Shown here piece by piece: positions 27,526-37,991 of a DNA stretch of 64,000 nucleotides; within the stretch, counting starts at the first letter, position 1, and each line of letters opens with the position of its first letter. A program made the translations under genes and the position numbers. This DNA comes from Candidatus Latescibacterota bacterium (GTDB taxonomy: Bacteria; Latescibacterota; UBA2968): positions 53,767-117,766 of the forward strand of contig JAJEHL010000024.1 in assembly GCA_022823725.1 (NCBI GenBank), given 5' to 3'. A model generated the notes under the pieces. It searched no databases and had not been told where the DNA came from. It worked only from the letters and a program-made list of their open reading frames with translations.

Positions 27526-28137
27526 ATGGGACGCACGAGCGATGCAAAAGAACGGCTGATTCAGGCTGCGATGGATTTGTTTTTTACGCGCAGTTATACC
27601 GACGTAGGCGTGCAGGAATTGTGCAAAGCTGCCAGGGTAAAAAAGGGAAGTTTTTACCACTTCTTTGAAACCAAGCAAGACCTCGTGCTGGCTTCATTAG
27701 ATCGATGGTGGGAGATTACACGGGAGACCGCCTGGGAGCCGGCTTTTTCATCAGAAAGACCACCCCTGGAGCGGATCTCGCGGTTTTTTGAACTGGTCTA
27801 TGAGCAAAATTGCCAATTTTACGAGCAGCACAAACAGCTTTGCGGGTGTCCGTTTGGCAACCTCGCCGTGGAAATGAGCGCGCACGAGCCGCTCATCCGC
27901 CATAAAATTGACCGTATTTTTGAGGATGTAATCGGCCGGTTGCAAAAAACACTCGATGAAGCAGTAGAAGCCAGTGATCTGTCTCCTATGGACACACGGG
28001 AAACTGCTCTGGCATTGTGGGCGTATTACGAAGGCATTTTGATGCTGGCCAAAGCGCGGCAAGATCTGGATCTGTTAAAACGGCTGGGACAGCGCGCCGT
28101 GCGGTTTTTACAAGTATCGCGGCGACATGTGGCGTGA
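27526..28137 (+). CDS. TetR/AcrR family regulator (NemR/LmrA-like)
   Basis: HTH VKKGSFYHFFETKQDL, GCPFGNLAVE. Confidence 0.92.
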   Translation: MGRTSDAKERLIQAAMDLFFTRSYTDVGVQELCKAARVKKGSFYHFFETKQDLVLASLDRWWEITRETAWEPAFSSERPPLERISRFFELVYEQNCQFYEQHKQLCGCPFGNLAVEMSAHEPLIRHKIDRIFEDVIGRLQKTLDEAVEASDLSPMDTRETALALWAYYEGILMLAKARQDLDLLKRLGQRAVRFLQVSRRHVA

Positions 28138-28144
28138 GGATATT

Positions 28145-28927
28145 ATGCCCCTTTCAGAACAATATGAAAAAGATGGTTTTTGCGCTATTTATGACCCGAT
28201 TTTTCCATCGGATGCCGTCGGTGCAGCAATTGAAGGCATGGATGCTGTACGCGCGGGGAATTACGATACCGGACACCCACCGGAAAACTCTCGATGGAAC
28301 CCCGGCGACGATCCCAAAGCACTTTGCAAAATTGAAATGCCGCAATTTGCCAGTCACGGCATCAGGGACCTGATATCGAATCCCGCCCTCGGCAAACTCG
28401 CCGCTGAAGTCACAGGCGCAAAAATGGTGCAGGTCTGGTGGGTGCAGCTACTCTACAAACCCGTGGGCGAACCCACCGATCAACGCGTCACCAACATCGG
28501 CTGGCATCAAGACCGCTACTACTGGCGAATATGGGAAGACGGCAGCGAACTCTTCACAGCCTGGGTCGCCCTCAGCAACATCACACCCGATGCCGGACCA
28601 ATGCGTTTTATCCCAGGTTCACACCGCTGGGGACTTTTGGACATCGACTTCGGCTTTCAACAACAAGACCTCGACACATTGCGCCGCGGCATATCAATAC
28701 CCGAACAGGCCACCTGGCGCGAAGTTCCCATGCTCCTGCCCCCCGGTGCATTGAGCCTGCACGACTGCTTCACGCTCCATGGCAGCGGCCCCAACCGATC
28801 CAATGGACCTCGTCGTAGCTTTGCCATTCACATGCGCACCGAAAACGCGCGCCCCATCAACGACGCACGACAGGGTCTTACCCGACACATTGACGACCTA
28901 GCCAAATGCCCGGTTATTTATGGGTAA
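28145..28927 (+). CDS. PhyH family Fe(II)/2OG dioxygenase
   Basis: WHQD, TAWVAL, PGSHRW, LHGSGPN. Confidence 0.88.
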   Translation: MPLSEQYEKDGFCAIYDPIFPSDAVGAAIEGMDAVRAGNYDTGHPPENSRWNPGDDPKALCKIEMPQFASHGIRDLISNPALGKLAAEVTGAKMVQVWWVQLLYKPVGEPTDQRVTNIGWHQDRYYWRIWEDGSELFTAWVALSNITPDAGPMRFIPGSHRWGLLDIDFGFQQQDLDTLRRGISIPEQATWREVPMLLPPGALSLHDCFTLHGSGPNRSNGPRRSFAIHMRTENARPINDARQGLTRHIDDLAKCPVIYG

Positions 28928-28957
28928 GACCAATGCATCTTTGATAAGGAGTCCCTT

Positions 28958-30631
28958 GTGCTACCCGATATAGAAATCGCCCGCCAAACGCAGTTGCTCC
29001 CCATCGCCGAAGTTGCCGCCAGACTGGGAATTGGCCCCGAACATCTCGAATACTACGGCCTCGCCAAAGCCAAAATCGCGCAAGAATTTTGCCAAAGCCT
29101 CGAAAACGCACCGGCTTCTGGCAAGTTGATTCTCGTATCGGGGATCAACCCGACCCCGGCTGGCGAAGGCAAAACCACCACCACCATTGGCCTGGGGGAC
29201 GCGCTCAATCGCATCGGCAAACGCGCCACAATATGTCTTCGAGAACCCTCGCTGGGGCCTTGCTTTGGCATGAAGGGCGGCGCAACTGGCGGGGGCTATG
29301 CCCAGGTGGCGCCGATGGAAGATATCAACCTCCACTTTACGGGGGATATCCACGCGGTTACCACGGCTCACAACCTGCTCGCCGCTGCACTGGACAACCA
29401 CCTCCACCACGGCAACACACGCTGCATTGATCCCCACCGCCTGGTCTGGAACCGCGTCCTGGACATGAATGATCGGGCACTGCGTAAGGTCAGCATCGGC
29501 GTGGGGGATACCGCCAGATCCTTCCCTCGACAGTCGGGCTTCGACATTACCGTTGCCTCAGAAGTCATGGCGATTCTCTGCCTCTCTGAGTCGCCGGACG
29601 ATCTCAAAGCGCGCCTCAGCCGCATCGTTGTCGGTCAGACCCACAGCGGTCAGAGCGTTTGCGCCTCAGACCTCGCAGTACACGGCGCCATGGCGGTGCT
29701 CCTCAAAGATGCGTACAAGCCCAACCTGGCACAAACCCTCGAAGGCAATCCTGCCTTGATCCACGGCGGTCCTTTTGCCAATATCGCGCACGGCTGCAAT
29801 TCCATTACCGCCACCTCTCTGGCCTTGCGTCTCTCGGAATACACCGTTACCGAAGCAGGCTTTGGTGCCGATTTGGGGGCGGAAAAATTTCTCAATATCA
29901 AATGCCGTCAAAGCGGTCTGGCACCCGATCTCGTGGTGCTCGTGGCAACCGTACGCGCGCTCAAGTACCACGGCGGTGTTTCGCTTAAAAGGATCGCGCA
30001 ACCCAATGTCAGAGCGGTCGAAAAGGGCATTGCAAACCTCGAAAAGCACATTGAAAATATCCGTGGCTTTGGCTTGCCCGTCATGGTGGCGATCAATGTA
30101 TTCGCTGCGGATACAGACGCGGAAATCCAGTGCATTCGCGACAAGTGTGCCGCCCTGGGCGTTGAAGCCGTACCCGCCGACCACCACGCACGCGGCAGTG
30201 CCGGTGCCGAGGACCTGGCCCGAACTGCGGCGCAAGTAATTGAAAACAATGCCAGCGATTTCAAGTTGCTCTATCCAAACGACATGCGGCTGTGGGACAA
30301 GGTGCGTACTATCGCGCAAAAAATTTACGGCGCCGACGACATCAGAGGCGACGAGATGCTGAGGGATAAGTGCAGACAATTAGAAGACGAGGGCTATGGA
30401 CACTTGCCGATATGCATCGCCAAGACGCAGTATTCGTTTTCGACCAATCCCAACCTCAAGGGACGGCCACGCGGCTTTGATGTACCGGTCCGAGATATCA
30501 AGGTCTCCGCCGGGGCCGGTTTTGTGGTCGTGCTGACCGGGGATATTCTGACAATGCCCGGCCTGCCCAAAAAGCCCTCGGCAGAAGCGATAGATTTTGA
30601 CGATGCGGGCAATATCAAAGGACTCTTTTAA
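28958..30631 (+). CDS. fhs: Formate--tetrahydrofolate ligase
   Basis: [39 protein letters not shown]. Confidence 0.98.
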   Translation: MLPDIEIARQTQLLPIAEVAARLGIGPEHLEYYGLAKAKIAQEFCQSLENAPASGKLILVSGINPTPAGEGKTTTTIGLGDALNRIGKRATICLREPSLGPCFGMKGGATGGGYAQVAPMEDINLHFTGDIHAVTTAHNLLAAALDNHLHHGNTRCIDPHRLVWNRVLDMNDRALRKVSIGVGDTARSFPRQSGFDITVASEVMAILCLSESPDDLKARLSRIVVGQTHSGQSVCASDLAVHGAMAVLLKDAYKPNLAQTLEGNPALIHGGPFANIAHGCNSITATSLALRLSEYTVTEAGFGADLGAEKFLNIKCRQSGLAPDLVVLVATVRALKYHGGVSLKRIAQPNVRAVEKGIANLEKHIENIRGFGLPVMVAINVFAADTDAEIQCIRDKCAALGVEAVPADHHARGSAGAEDLARTAAQVIENNASDFKLLYPNDMRLWDKVRTIAQKIYGADDIRGDEMLRDKCRQLEDEGYGHLPICIAKTQYSFSTNPNLKGRPRGFDVPVRDIKVSAGAGFVVVLTGDILTMPGLPKKPSAEAIDFDDAGNIKGLF

Positions 30632-30664
30632 TTCGTTTCAAATTGTACCCGGCAAGGAGCACCT

Positions 30665-32212
30665 ATGAGCAACCTCTATCTCGGACTCGACGCCAGCACA
30701 CAGAGTTTGAGCACCATTATCATAGACATCGACACCCGCAAAGTCGTGTACGACGTTTCTTTGAACTACGACGAAACGCTCCCGCACTATGGCACTCAAA
30801 ATGGCGTCCTCGACCATCCCGACCCCAAAATTGTTCACTCGCCACCTCTCATGTGGGCCGAAGCCCTCGACGTGCTTTTTGAAAAAATGAAAACCGAGGG
30901 CATACCCCTCGGCAATATCCGCGCCATCTCTGGCTCGGGACAACAACACGGTTCTGTCTATCTCAAAACCGCGGATATCCTATCCAATCTCGATCCATCA
31001 AAAACCCTCGTAGAAAACCTCAGCGGCATATTCTCCCGCGACACATCTCCCATCTGGATGGATTCCTCTACCCGCGCCGAATGCGATGAAATTTGCGACG
31101 CCCTCGGTGGCCTTCAAGCCACAGCCAGTGCCACGGGATCCACCACCTTTGAGCGTTTTACAGGACCACAGATACGCAAATTCTACAAAACACAGCCCGA
31201 TGCTTATAACAACACCGCACACATTATGCTCGTCTCTTCCTTCATGGCCTCTCTGATCGCGGGCAAAGTTGCCCCCATCGATCACGGCGATGGCGCGGGC
31301 ATGAATCTGATGGACATTCAGACCCGAACCTATCATGCGGCCGCGCTCGGCGCCACAGCTCCCGATCTATCCCATCGTCTGCCTCCCCTCGCAGAATCCC
31401 GCGCGATTATCGGCACTGTAAATCGCTACTTTATCGATAAATACGGCGTCGATCCCAATGCACAGGCGCTCGTCTGGTCGGGTGACAATCCCAACAGCGT
31501 CATCGGCCTCGGTCTTATCCGCGAGGGCCTCGTCGCCATCTCACTCGGCACCAGCGACACCTACTTTGGCACAATGAAAAATTGCCAGACCGACCCGCGC
31601 GGCGAAGGTCACGTCTTCGTCTCCCCCACTGGCGACTATATGACCCTCATCTGTTTCAAAAACGGCTCCCTCGCCCGCGAAGCCGTTCGCAAATCTCATG
31701 GTCTGGGCTGGAACGGTTTTTCCCACGCACTCCAATCCACCCCCCCGGGCAATGATGGCAAAATCATGCTTCCCTATTTTGAACCCGAAATCGTACCCAA
31801 TGTCCTCAATCCCGGCATACACCGCTTTGACCTCGACGAACAGGACGTCGCCGGCAATTGCCGCGCGGTTGTCGAGGCGCAAATGATGTCTATGCGCATT
31901 CACTCAGAATGGATGGGCGTGCGTCCATCAGCCATCTACGTCACGGGCGGCGCATCGGTCAACCCCGAAATCCTTCAAATCATGGCCGACGTGCAAAACT
32001 GTCCTGTTTACCAATTTGAAGTCACCAACAGCGCGGCCCTCGGCGCGGCCCTCCGCGCCGCACAGGCGCACCTCAATGCCACATGGGAAGACATCTGCGA
32101 GGGCATCGCTGACCCCATATCCGGCTCTGCCGTCAACCCAACCAACACCGCAGTGTACGACGAACTGGTCAAAAAATATGCCGAATGCGAACAAATCGCG
32201 CTCGGCATATAA
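30665..32212 (+). CDS. FGGY carbohydrate kinase, eukaryote-type xylulokinase-like
   Basis: LGLDASTQ, SGSGQQHGSVY, PIWMDSST, ERFTGPQIRK, LVSSFMASL. Confidence 0.85.
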   Translation: MSNLYLGLDASTQSLSTIIIDIDTRKVVYDVSLNYDETLPHYGTQNGVLDHPDPKIVHSPPLMWAEALDVLFEKMKTEGIPLGNIRAISGSGQQHGSVYLKTADILSNLDPSKTLVENLSGIFSRDTSPIWMDSSTRAECDEICDALGGLQATASATGSTTFERFTGPQIRKFYKTQPDAYNNTAHIMLVSSFMASLIAGKVAPIDHGDGAGMNLMDIQTRTYHAAALGATAPDLSHRLPPLAESRAIIGTVNRYFIDKYGVDPNAQALVWSGDNPNSVIGLGLIREGLVAISLGTSDTYFGTMKNCQTDPRGEGHVFVSPTGDYMTLICFKNGSLAREAVRKSHGLGWNGFSHALQSTPPGNDGKIMLPYFEPEIVPNVLNPGIHRFDLDEQDVAGNCRAVVEAQMMSMRIHSEWMGVRPSAIYVTGGASVNPEILQIMADVQNCPVYQFEVTNSAALGAALRAAQAHLNATWEDICEGIADPISGSAVNPTNTAVYDELVKKYAECEQIALGI

Positions 32213-32215
32213 TTC

Positions 32216-33538
32216 TCAATACGCCTCAGCCTTCAAGGTTCCCGCGTTCTCTTCATCGACAAAAGCGCGATAGGTATGTGGTCGTCGCTGCATCCAGTTA
32301 ATCCCGCGAAAGCACCCGCGACTCTTTGGCATGAATCCATCCACGAGATTCACCTCTGCGGTCACAAACCGTTCGCTGCCATCATTCCATGCCAGCACAT
32401 GCCCGGTGCGATCAATAATACAACTGCCCTCCGCGCGATTTACCGCCACCACCATACACAACTGATTATCCAGTGCCCGCGTCTGCATAATCCCGCGAAA
32501 GCGCTCGGGATCCCATGTGTGATCTTCCGGATGCCACGCGCGGTGATCGCCCATAATTGGCAACAACAAAAAGTCCGCGCCATTTAATCCGATCATCCGC
32601 GACGACTCAGCTGCCGAAGAATCCATACAAATATTGCACCCAATTCGTCCAATCTCCGTATCGAATACGGGAAAATCATCACCCGGCAAAATACCCGAAT
32701 CCATCTCGCCACCCACCGCCAGGTGTACCTTGCGATATTTGCCATCCACGTTGCCATCGGGCGCGAACAACACGGCTGTATTGTGAACGGCATCGCCATC
32801 CCTTTCAATCACACCCAACAGCACATATACGCCATAATCGCGCGCAATATCCGCAAATGGCTCCGCCTCGGCCCCCGGCACGGGCACTGCCAATTCCAAT
32901 GGACTCCCTTTAACCCCGTATTGCAATGCGATCTCGGGCAGCACAATCAAATCGGGTTTTTCTTTTTCACATATCTCTCGGCACAAAGGCAAATAAAGAT
33001 CGACATTGTCCTGAATCGACTCAAACCGCCGGTCGCGATCTTCTCTTCGTCCCGTCGCGACACAAATTTTCACGGGTTTGTATGATTCTGCCACCTCTGT
33101 CGCGATCACTTTGGGCAATTGCCATTCGGATGATCCCACAACCGACCAGCGAAACGTATAGCGCACGGTCAGGCGTTCGGCATCTTCTGGTGCAGTGAGA
33201 CGCCGTGAAAATTGCACGGTATCGCCGTTCCATTCGGGAAGGAGATAATCCCAGGACAGAACTTCGCTGCGCCGCCCACTGTCCCGATCCAGGTGCCCCC
33301 AATACGCCTCACAGCGCAACACATCGCGCACCTGTTCCACATCACAAAACTGCGTCTGAGCAACAATCTCATACATTTTGCCAGCCTCAACACCCGAATA
33401 CGCGACCTGCCATCCGCCAATACAGGTGCGCGTCCCATTTGCGGCAATTGCCAGTGTATCTCCACTGCGTTCTGTCAACGGTGCGGCGGCCGGATGCGGT
33501 GCCCAGGTTTCAATAGACTCAAGCTGTAAATCTGACAT
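32216..33538 (-). CDS. Carbon-nitrogen hydrolase (nitrilase superfamily) with N-terminal extension
   Basis: E-K-C triad: LPEI, YRKVHL, NICMD. Confidence 0.85.
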   Translation of the reverse strand: MSDLQLESIETWAPHPAAAPLTERSGDTLAIAANGTRTCIGGWQVAYSGVEAGKMYEIVAQTQFCDVEQVRDVLRCEAYWGHLDRDSGRRSEVLSWDYLLPEWNGDTVQFSRRLTAPEDAERLTVRYTFRWSVVGSSEWQLPKVIATEVAESYKPVKICVATGRREDRDRRFESIQDNVDLYLPLCREICEKEKPDLIVLPEIALQYGVKGSPLELAVPVPGAEAEPFADIARDYGVYVLLGVIERDGDAVHNTAVLFAPDGNVDGKYRKVHLAVGGEMDSGILPGDDFPVFDTEIGRIGCNICMDSSAAESSRMIGLNGADFLLLPIMGDHRAWHPEDHTWDPERFRGIMQTRALDNQLCMVVAVNRAEGSCIIDRTGHVLAWNDGSERFVTAEVNLVDGFMPKSRGCFRGINWMQRRPHTYRAFVDEENAGTLKAEAY

Positions 33539-33574
33539 GGTATGCCTCCTTTTTAATTTATCGCAAATCTCAGA

Positions 33575-34420
33575 TTATTGTTCGACCCAGTGGCGGTACA
33601 AAGGCTTCACATCTTCCGGCAACCCGTCGTAAACCTCCTTTTGCAATGGCATAGATTCGTAATTCTTGCCACCTGTCTCCACCACCATCATCTCGTGCTC
33701 GGGTTTGCCAATATGAGACGGATTCAAATTCAACCACCACGGGGCATAGCGCACAATCAATGCCACGCGCGGTTGATCGCTCTGATTTGATGCCACCGCA
33801 TGCCACAAACGACTATCGTAAATCAGCACACTACCCGCTGTGCCCTTCACCTGCATCTCGGTGGGATACGGCGCATCCTGATCCACATCTTCCATCCCAC
33901 CTGCGGCCGGGTTATCGAGCCATCGATGGCTGCCCGGCACGAGAAATGTTCCGCCGTTTTTCTCATTAAACGGCGTTAACATCCAGATTGACGACAAATG
34001 TAATAACGCATCGGGATACGGCGAGGAAATATGCGACGCATTGGTTGCATTATACGGCCAATCCGCGTGCCAGTACCCCCTTTCATTGCCCGGATAATTG
34101 ATCACACAATCGCTGCAAGAAATGCGCGCATAAGGCCCAAACAGCGCATCTACCACATCCATCATCTTGCGACTTGCCAGATAAGGTGCGAAAATCTGCG
34201 TTTCATTAATCACCTGCCGCAAACTCGCTACGCCTTCTGCACCAACGCGATGTCCCTTCGCCCGGGTTGCAGCCAGTGCCGCCTCTGATTCCGCGTGTTT
34301 TCGCGCCTGTGCTGCCACTATGGCTTGCCGCACCGCATCCACCTCATCTTCGGGAATCACGTTTTCAACCACGTAAAACCCATCGCGTTTGAGTTTTTCG
34401 AGGATATGAGACACAGACAT
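33575..34420 (-). CDS. PhyH family Fe(II)/2OG dioxygenase
   Basis: WHADWP, NGGTFLVPGSH, DSRLWH. Confidence 0.88.
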   Translation of the reverse strand: MSVSHILEKLKRDGFYVVENVIPEDEVDAVRQAIVAAQARKHAESEAALAATRAKGHRVGAEGVASLRQVINETQIFAPYLASRKMMDVVDALFGPYARISCSDCVINYPGNERGYWHADWPYNATNASHISSPYPDALLHLSSIWMLTPFNEKNGGTFLVPGSHRWLDNPAAGGMEDVDQDAPYPTEMQVKGTAGSVLIYDSRLWHAVASNQSDQPRVALIVRYAPWWLNLNPSHIGKPEHEMMVVETGGKNYESMPLQKEVYDGLPEDVKPLYRHWVEQ

Positions 34421-34582
34421 CGTTAGCCCCCTCCAGTGATGGTATTATGCAATCCTGTTGCAAAAAAGATACACATGTCGTATTGTTTCACAGAAAGCGT
34501 ACTTAATTTTAAGTATTAGATATACGGACAACTTCTTATTTTTCCAAATTTTATTTCTATCTGAGAAAGACCCAAAAGACAC

Positions 34583-34598
34583 GGGCACAGTTTTTGCA
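34583..34598 (+). promoter_or_regulatory. Sigma-54 promoter of the Omp85-DUF4390-HK-RR operon
   Basis: GGGCACAGTTTTTGCA (GG-N10-GC). TGT-N12-ACA and TGT-N11-ACA sites at ~34456-34492. Confidence 0.7.
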
Positions 34599-34633
34599 TA
34601 CTTGTATCTAAAAATCACACGAGTGCTACCATC

Positions 34634-35902
34634 ATGTACAAATACCTCATTCTGCTCTGTCTGTTTGCCACCCCTGCCCTGGGGCAAATTGGTCATGAAA
34701 TAGAAAAAATTGAAGTGCGCGGCAATGAAAAAACCCGTGCTGAAATCATTCGCCAGGTCTTGCCCGTAAAAGTGGGAGATAACCTGCGCGAGGGGGATAT
34801 CGACCGCTGTCGCGTGATCCTCGAGCGCCTGCTGCTTTTCCGAACTGCATTTGTCAATGTTAAACCCGCTGCAAAAAAAGGCAAAGCCATTCTCGTGGTC
34901 TATGTACAGGAAAAGCGCTTTGGCGACCTCGGCGTGAGTCTTGAATATTCCGAACTCGATGGTTTTGGTACGTCCGCAAATGCCCATTATGCCAATCTCC
35001 GTGGCGAAGGAAAATTAGTCGGCGTGGAATACGGTTTGGGAGAACGCTTCAAATACTGGGGCTTTCACTACAGCGACCCGCTCTTTCTCAGAACCAACCA
35101 GGCATTTCACATGCAGGTAACGGGATCTTCTGCAGACCGCGACATCTTTCGCGATCCAGACCCCAATATCAGGGGGCGCTACGATCTCGAACGCATCGGA
35201 TTTGCCATGGGTTTTGGTCAACCCTCTCCCCTGCGCGCCTACCATTTCGTCTTAAAATACGCTTTTGAAGCCATACAAATCGGCGATTTTCAACACCCCT
35301 CCATCCCCACGGGCGGTGGGGTATTCGCCAACGAAATTAAAGCTGCCGTAGGGCGGGAAACCCTCTCCACACTTTCTTTTAACCTGTTCAAACAACCCGT
35401 GAGCGCGATCTGGGGACAAGGGACGGATTTTAACGCCCGACTCATACTGTCATCTAAACTTCTGGGATCGGTATCAAATTACATCAAACTACGCACGGAA
35501 CTCTATCGGCACCAGCAAGTTATCTCAGGACACATCCTCTCACTCGGCGTCAAAACAGGGGGCATCTGGGGGAGTCCTCCCTTTTACGAACGCTTTTATC
35601 TGGATGGAAATAATCAACTCAGAGGCATAGAACGCCGCGTTATTGGGCCAGAAGGCGGCACCTTGTTTTTCGCGGCTGAAGCCCTCTATGCCATCGATCT
35701 CAAAACCCTGGGGCGGATATATGCCTTTGCCGAAAGTGGCGGTGTACATCGCTCTGTAAATAGCAAAGACCGGCGAGATGCCGACTTTGCCTTTGGCGTA
35801 GGTCTGCTGTTCTTTAACCGCGTAGATATTAGCTTTGGAATCAGCACGGGAACACTCATCGTAAAATCACATCGTTTTGCCGGCGTCAAGATTGGTCTGT
35901 GA
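34634..35902 (+). CDS. Omp85/BamA-TamA family outer-membrane protein with a single POTRA domain
   Basis: Signal peptide, POTRA IEVRGNEKTR, FYLDG..QLRG lid motif. Confidence 0.75.
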   Translation: MYKYLILLCLFATPALGQIGHEIEKIEVRGNEKTRAEIIRQVLPVKVGDNLREGDIDRCRVILERLLLFRTAFVNVKPAAKKGKAILVVYVQEKRFGDLGVSLEYSELDGFGTSANAHYANLRGEGKLVGVEYGLGERFKYWGFHYSDPLFLRTNQAFHMQVTGSSADRDIFRDPDPNIRGRYDLERIGFAMGFGQPSPLRAYHFVLKYAFEAIQIGDFQHPSIPTGGGVFANEIKAAVGRETLSTLSFNLFKQPVSAIWGQGTDFNARLILSSKLLGSVSNYIKLRTELYRHQQVISGHILSLGVKTGGIWGSPPFYERFYLDGNNQLRGIERRVIGPEGGTLFFAAEALYAIDLKTLGRIYAFAESGGVHRSVNSKDRRDADFAFGVGLLFFNRVDISFGISTGTLIVKSHRFAGVKIGL

Positions 35903-35909
35903 GGACGAG

Positions 35910-36521
35910 ATGACCCGGTTCTTCATCATCCAGGCACTCACAGTTTGCACGCTTGCCAACGTGCAACCCATACTTGCACAACACATACCGCAAGACAGTC
36001 TTTATATTTATGTGCAATCCGATACCCTGCGCCTCGATGCAACCATCGATTCTCTCTTTTCCAAACGGGCTATTGATGCCATTGAAACAGGTATGACGAC
36101 ATCTATCGCCGTGCAATTTCGCCTGAGGACAGGCCGTGGAAATAATCTGGGACTGCACAGCCTGCTCAGGCGTTTGGAGCACGACATCTGGGAAGGGCAA
36201 TATCGCCTCATCCGACGATCCGCACGACCTGACACACAGATCACGTCTCATTTTGAAGATATTCGACGCGCGTGTTCCGAGCTTCAGGGAGTCACACTGG
36301 CTCGGCTTCCCCTACCCGATGAGCCTATCACCTTGCAGGTGCGGATAGACGTAAACCCGATATCATCAGAGCAACGAGAACGCACGCGACAATGGCTCAA
36401 GATAATCGAAAAAGGCAGCTTTCTCGAATTTTTCTTTTCTCTAGACAGATCTACATCTCCCGAATGGATTGACCTGTTCAGATTTCGCCCCAGCGCACTT
36501 CCACACCTTCTTGATGAATAA
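35910..36521 (+). CDS. DUF4390-like periplasmic protein
   Basis: Signal peptide, AIETG and HDIWEGQY motifs, position upstream of an NtrY-like kinase. Confidence 0.6.
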   Translation: MTRFFIIQALTVCTLANVQPILAQHIPQDSLYIYVQSDTLRLDATIDSLFSKRAIDAIETGMTTSIAVQFRLRTGRGNNLGLHSLLRRLEHDIWEGQYRLIRRSARPDTQITSHFEDIRRACSELQGVTLARLPLPDEPITLQVRIDVNPISSEQRERTRQWLKIIEKGSFLEFFFSLDRSTSPEWIDLFRFRPSALPHLLDE

Positions 36522-36542
36522 ACACTGCCTGGAGACACAACT

Positions 36543-37991
36543 ATGAGAGCTATTCCCCTGCGCTGGCGCATCATCGCTGCCCTGATTGGTCTGGCATTGG
36601 GTACGACGCTCATACTCGCGCTGCTCGCACGACACTTTTTGGCGCTGAGCCTCCAGACCAATACCAATGTCAATGTCGAGATGGGTAGTGCATTGACCAG
36701 TGCGCTTTCTTTGGCAAAAGAGAACTACGACGCAAAAAAACGGCAGCTTCAGGACATTGGGCAACTTTTGTCTGCGCCACCTCACCGCGACCTCAATGCC
36801 TTACATGCCGCGTTTGCAAATGCTGGGCTCGACGACATGACCCTGCGTATTTCACCTATCGAACAGATCGACACAGATCTTTCGCAAGGTCCCGTGGTCT
36901 CCAAAGTAGAGAACGATCAGCTTCAACTGGTCATCGCTCTTCCCGATTCGCAACAAGCACTAACTGCCTTGCTTTCACTCGGTGCACTCATCGATGTTAA
37001 AAATGCCGTACATACGTACAAACATATAGAAATGGCGGAAGACGATCTGCACACGGCATTTCTGCTCGCATTTCTCGTCGCAGCAGCAGGCGTTGTCCTT
37101 CTGGCATCTGTAACTGGCATTCGCATCGGCTTTGGGATCACGCGCCCGCTTCACGCACTGCTTAAAGGCACGCGAGAAATGGCACGCGATAACCTGCAAT
37201 ACCGCATTCCCAAAAGTAGAGATGACGAGATTGGCCTACTTATCGAATCCTTTAACCAGATGGCGCAAGACCTTGTAGAAAACAGACGCAAACGACTCGA
37301 AGCCGAGCAAATTGCAGCCTGGCGAGAAATAGCACGGCGCCTGGCTCACGAAATAAAAAACCCGTTGACGCCCATTCAACTTGCCGTACAGCAAGTGCGC
37401 GACAAATATCCTGGCGATGATCCCGAATATCAAAAATTTGTAACTAACTGTACGGAAATCGTCACCGAAGAAGTCGAAAATCTCAGATCTCTGGTTCAAG
37501 AATTTGCCAACTTTGCCCGCATGCCCTCTCTCTCACTATCTCTCAGCGACCTCAATGAGTGTGTACAAAATGTCGTTCGCCTCTACCCGGATGCTCGCAT
37601 TCACCTCAACCTGGAAAAAAATTTGCCCGCGCTTGAACTCGATATCGAGCAGATGCGTCGGGTGCTAATTAATTTAATAGAAAATGGTCTTGACGCCTCT
37701 GGCAAAAACGGCGAGATCGAAATACGCACATATACGTCTGATGACACGGCTATAATTTCCGTAATTGACAGCGGGCCGGGTGTGCCCCTGAAAGATCGCG
37801 CACGCATCTTTCAACCCTATGTTTCCACAAAAGAAAGCGGCATGGGCCTGGGCCTTGCCGTAGTACACAACATCATTGAAGATCACGGGGGGCACATCTC
37901 GGTCACAGATGCTCCTGCAGGAGGCGCGCAATTCGATCTTCAACTTCCCATTCCCAACCGAGCGAAAGCGCAACCGGAGGAACAGCTATGA
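36543..37991 (+). CDS. NtrY-like HAMP sensor histidine kinase
   Basis: AWREIARRLAHEIKNPLTPIQL, DSGPG, GMGLGL. Confidence 0.92.
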   Translation: MRAIPLRWRIIAALIGLALGTTLILALLARHFLALSLQTNTNVNVEMGSALTSALSLAKENYDAKKRQLQDIGQLLSAPPHRDLNALHAAFANAGLDDMTLRISPIEQIDTDLSQGPVVSKVENDQLQLVIALPDSQQALTALLSLGALIDVKNAVHTYKHIEMAEDDLHTAFLLAFLVAAAGVVLLASVTGIRIGFGITRPLHALLKGTREMARDNLQYRIPKSRDDEIGLLIESFNQMAQDLVENRRKRLEAEQIAAWREIARRLAHEIKNPLTPIQLAVQQVRDKYPGDDPEYQKFVTNCTEIVTEEVENLRSLVQEFANFARMPSLSLSLSDLNECVQNVVRLYPDARIHLNLEKNLPALELDIEQMRRVLINLIENGLDASGKNGEIEIRTYTSDDTAIISVIDSGPGVPLKDRARIFQPYVSTKESGMGLGLAVVHNIIEDHGGHISVTDAPAGGAQFDLQLPIPNRAKAQPEEQL

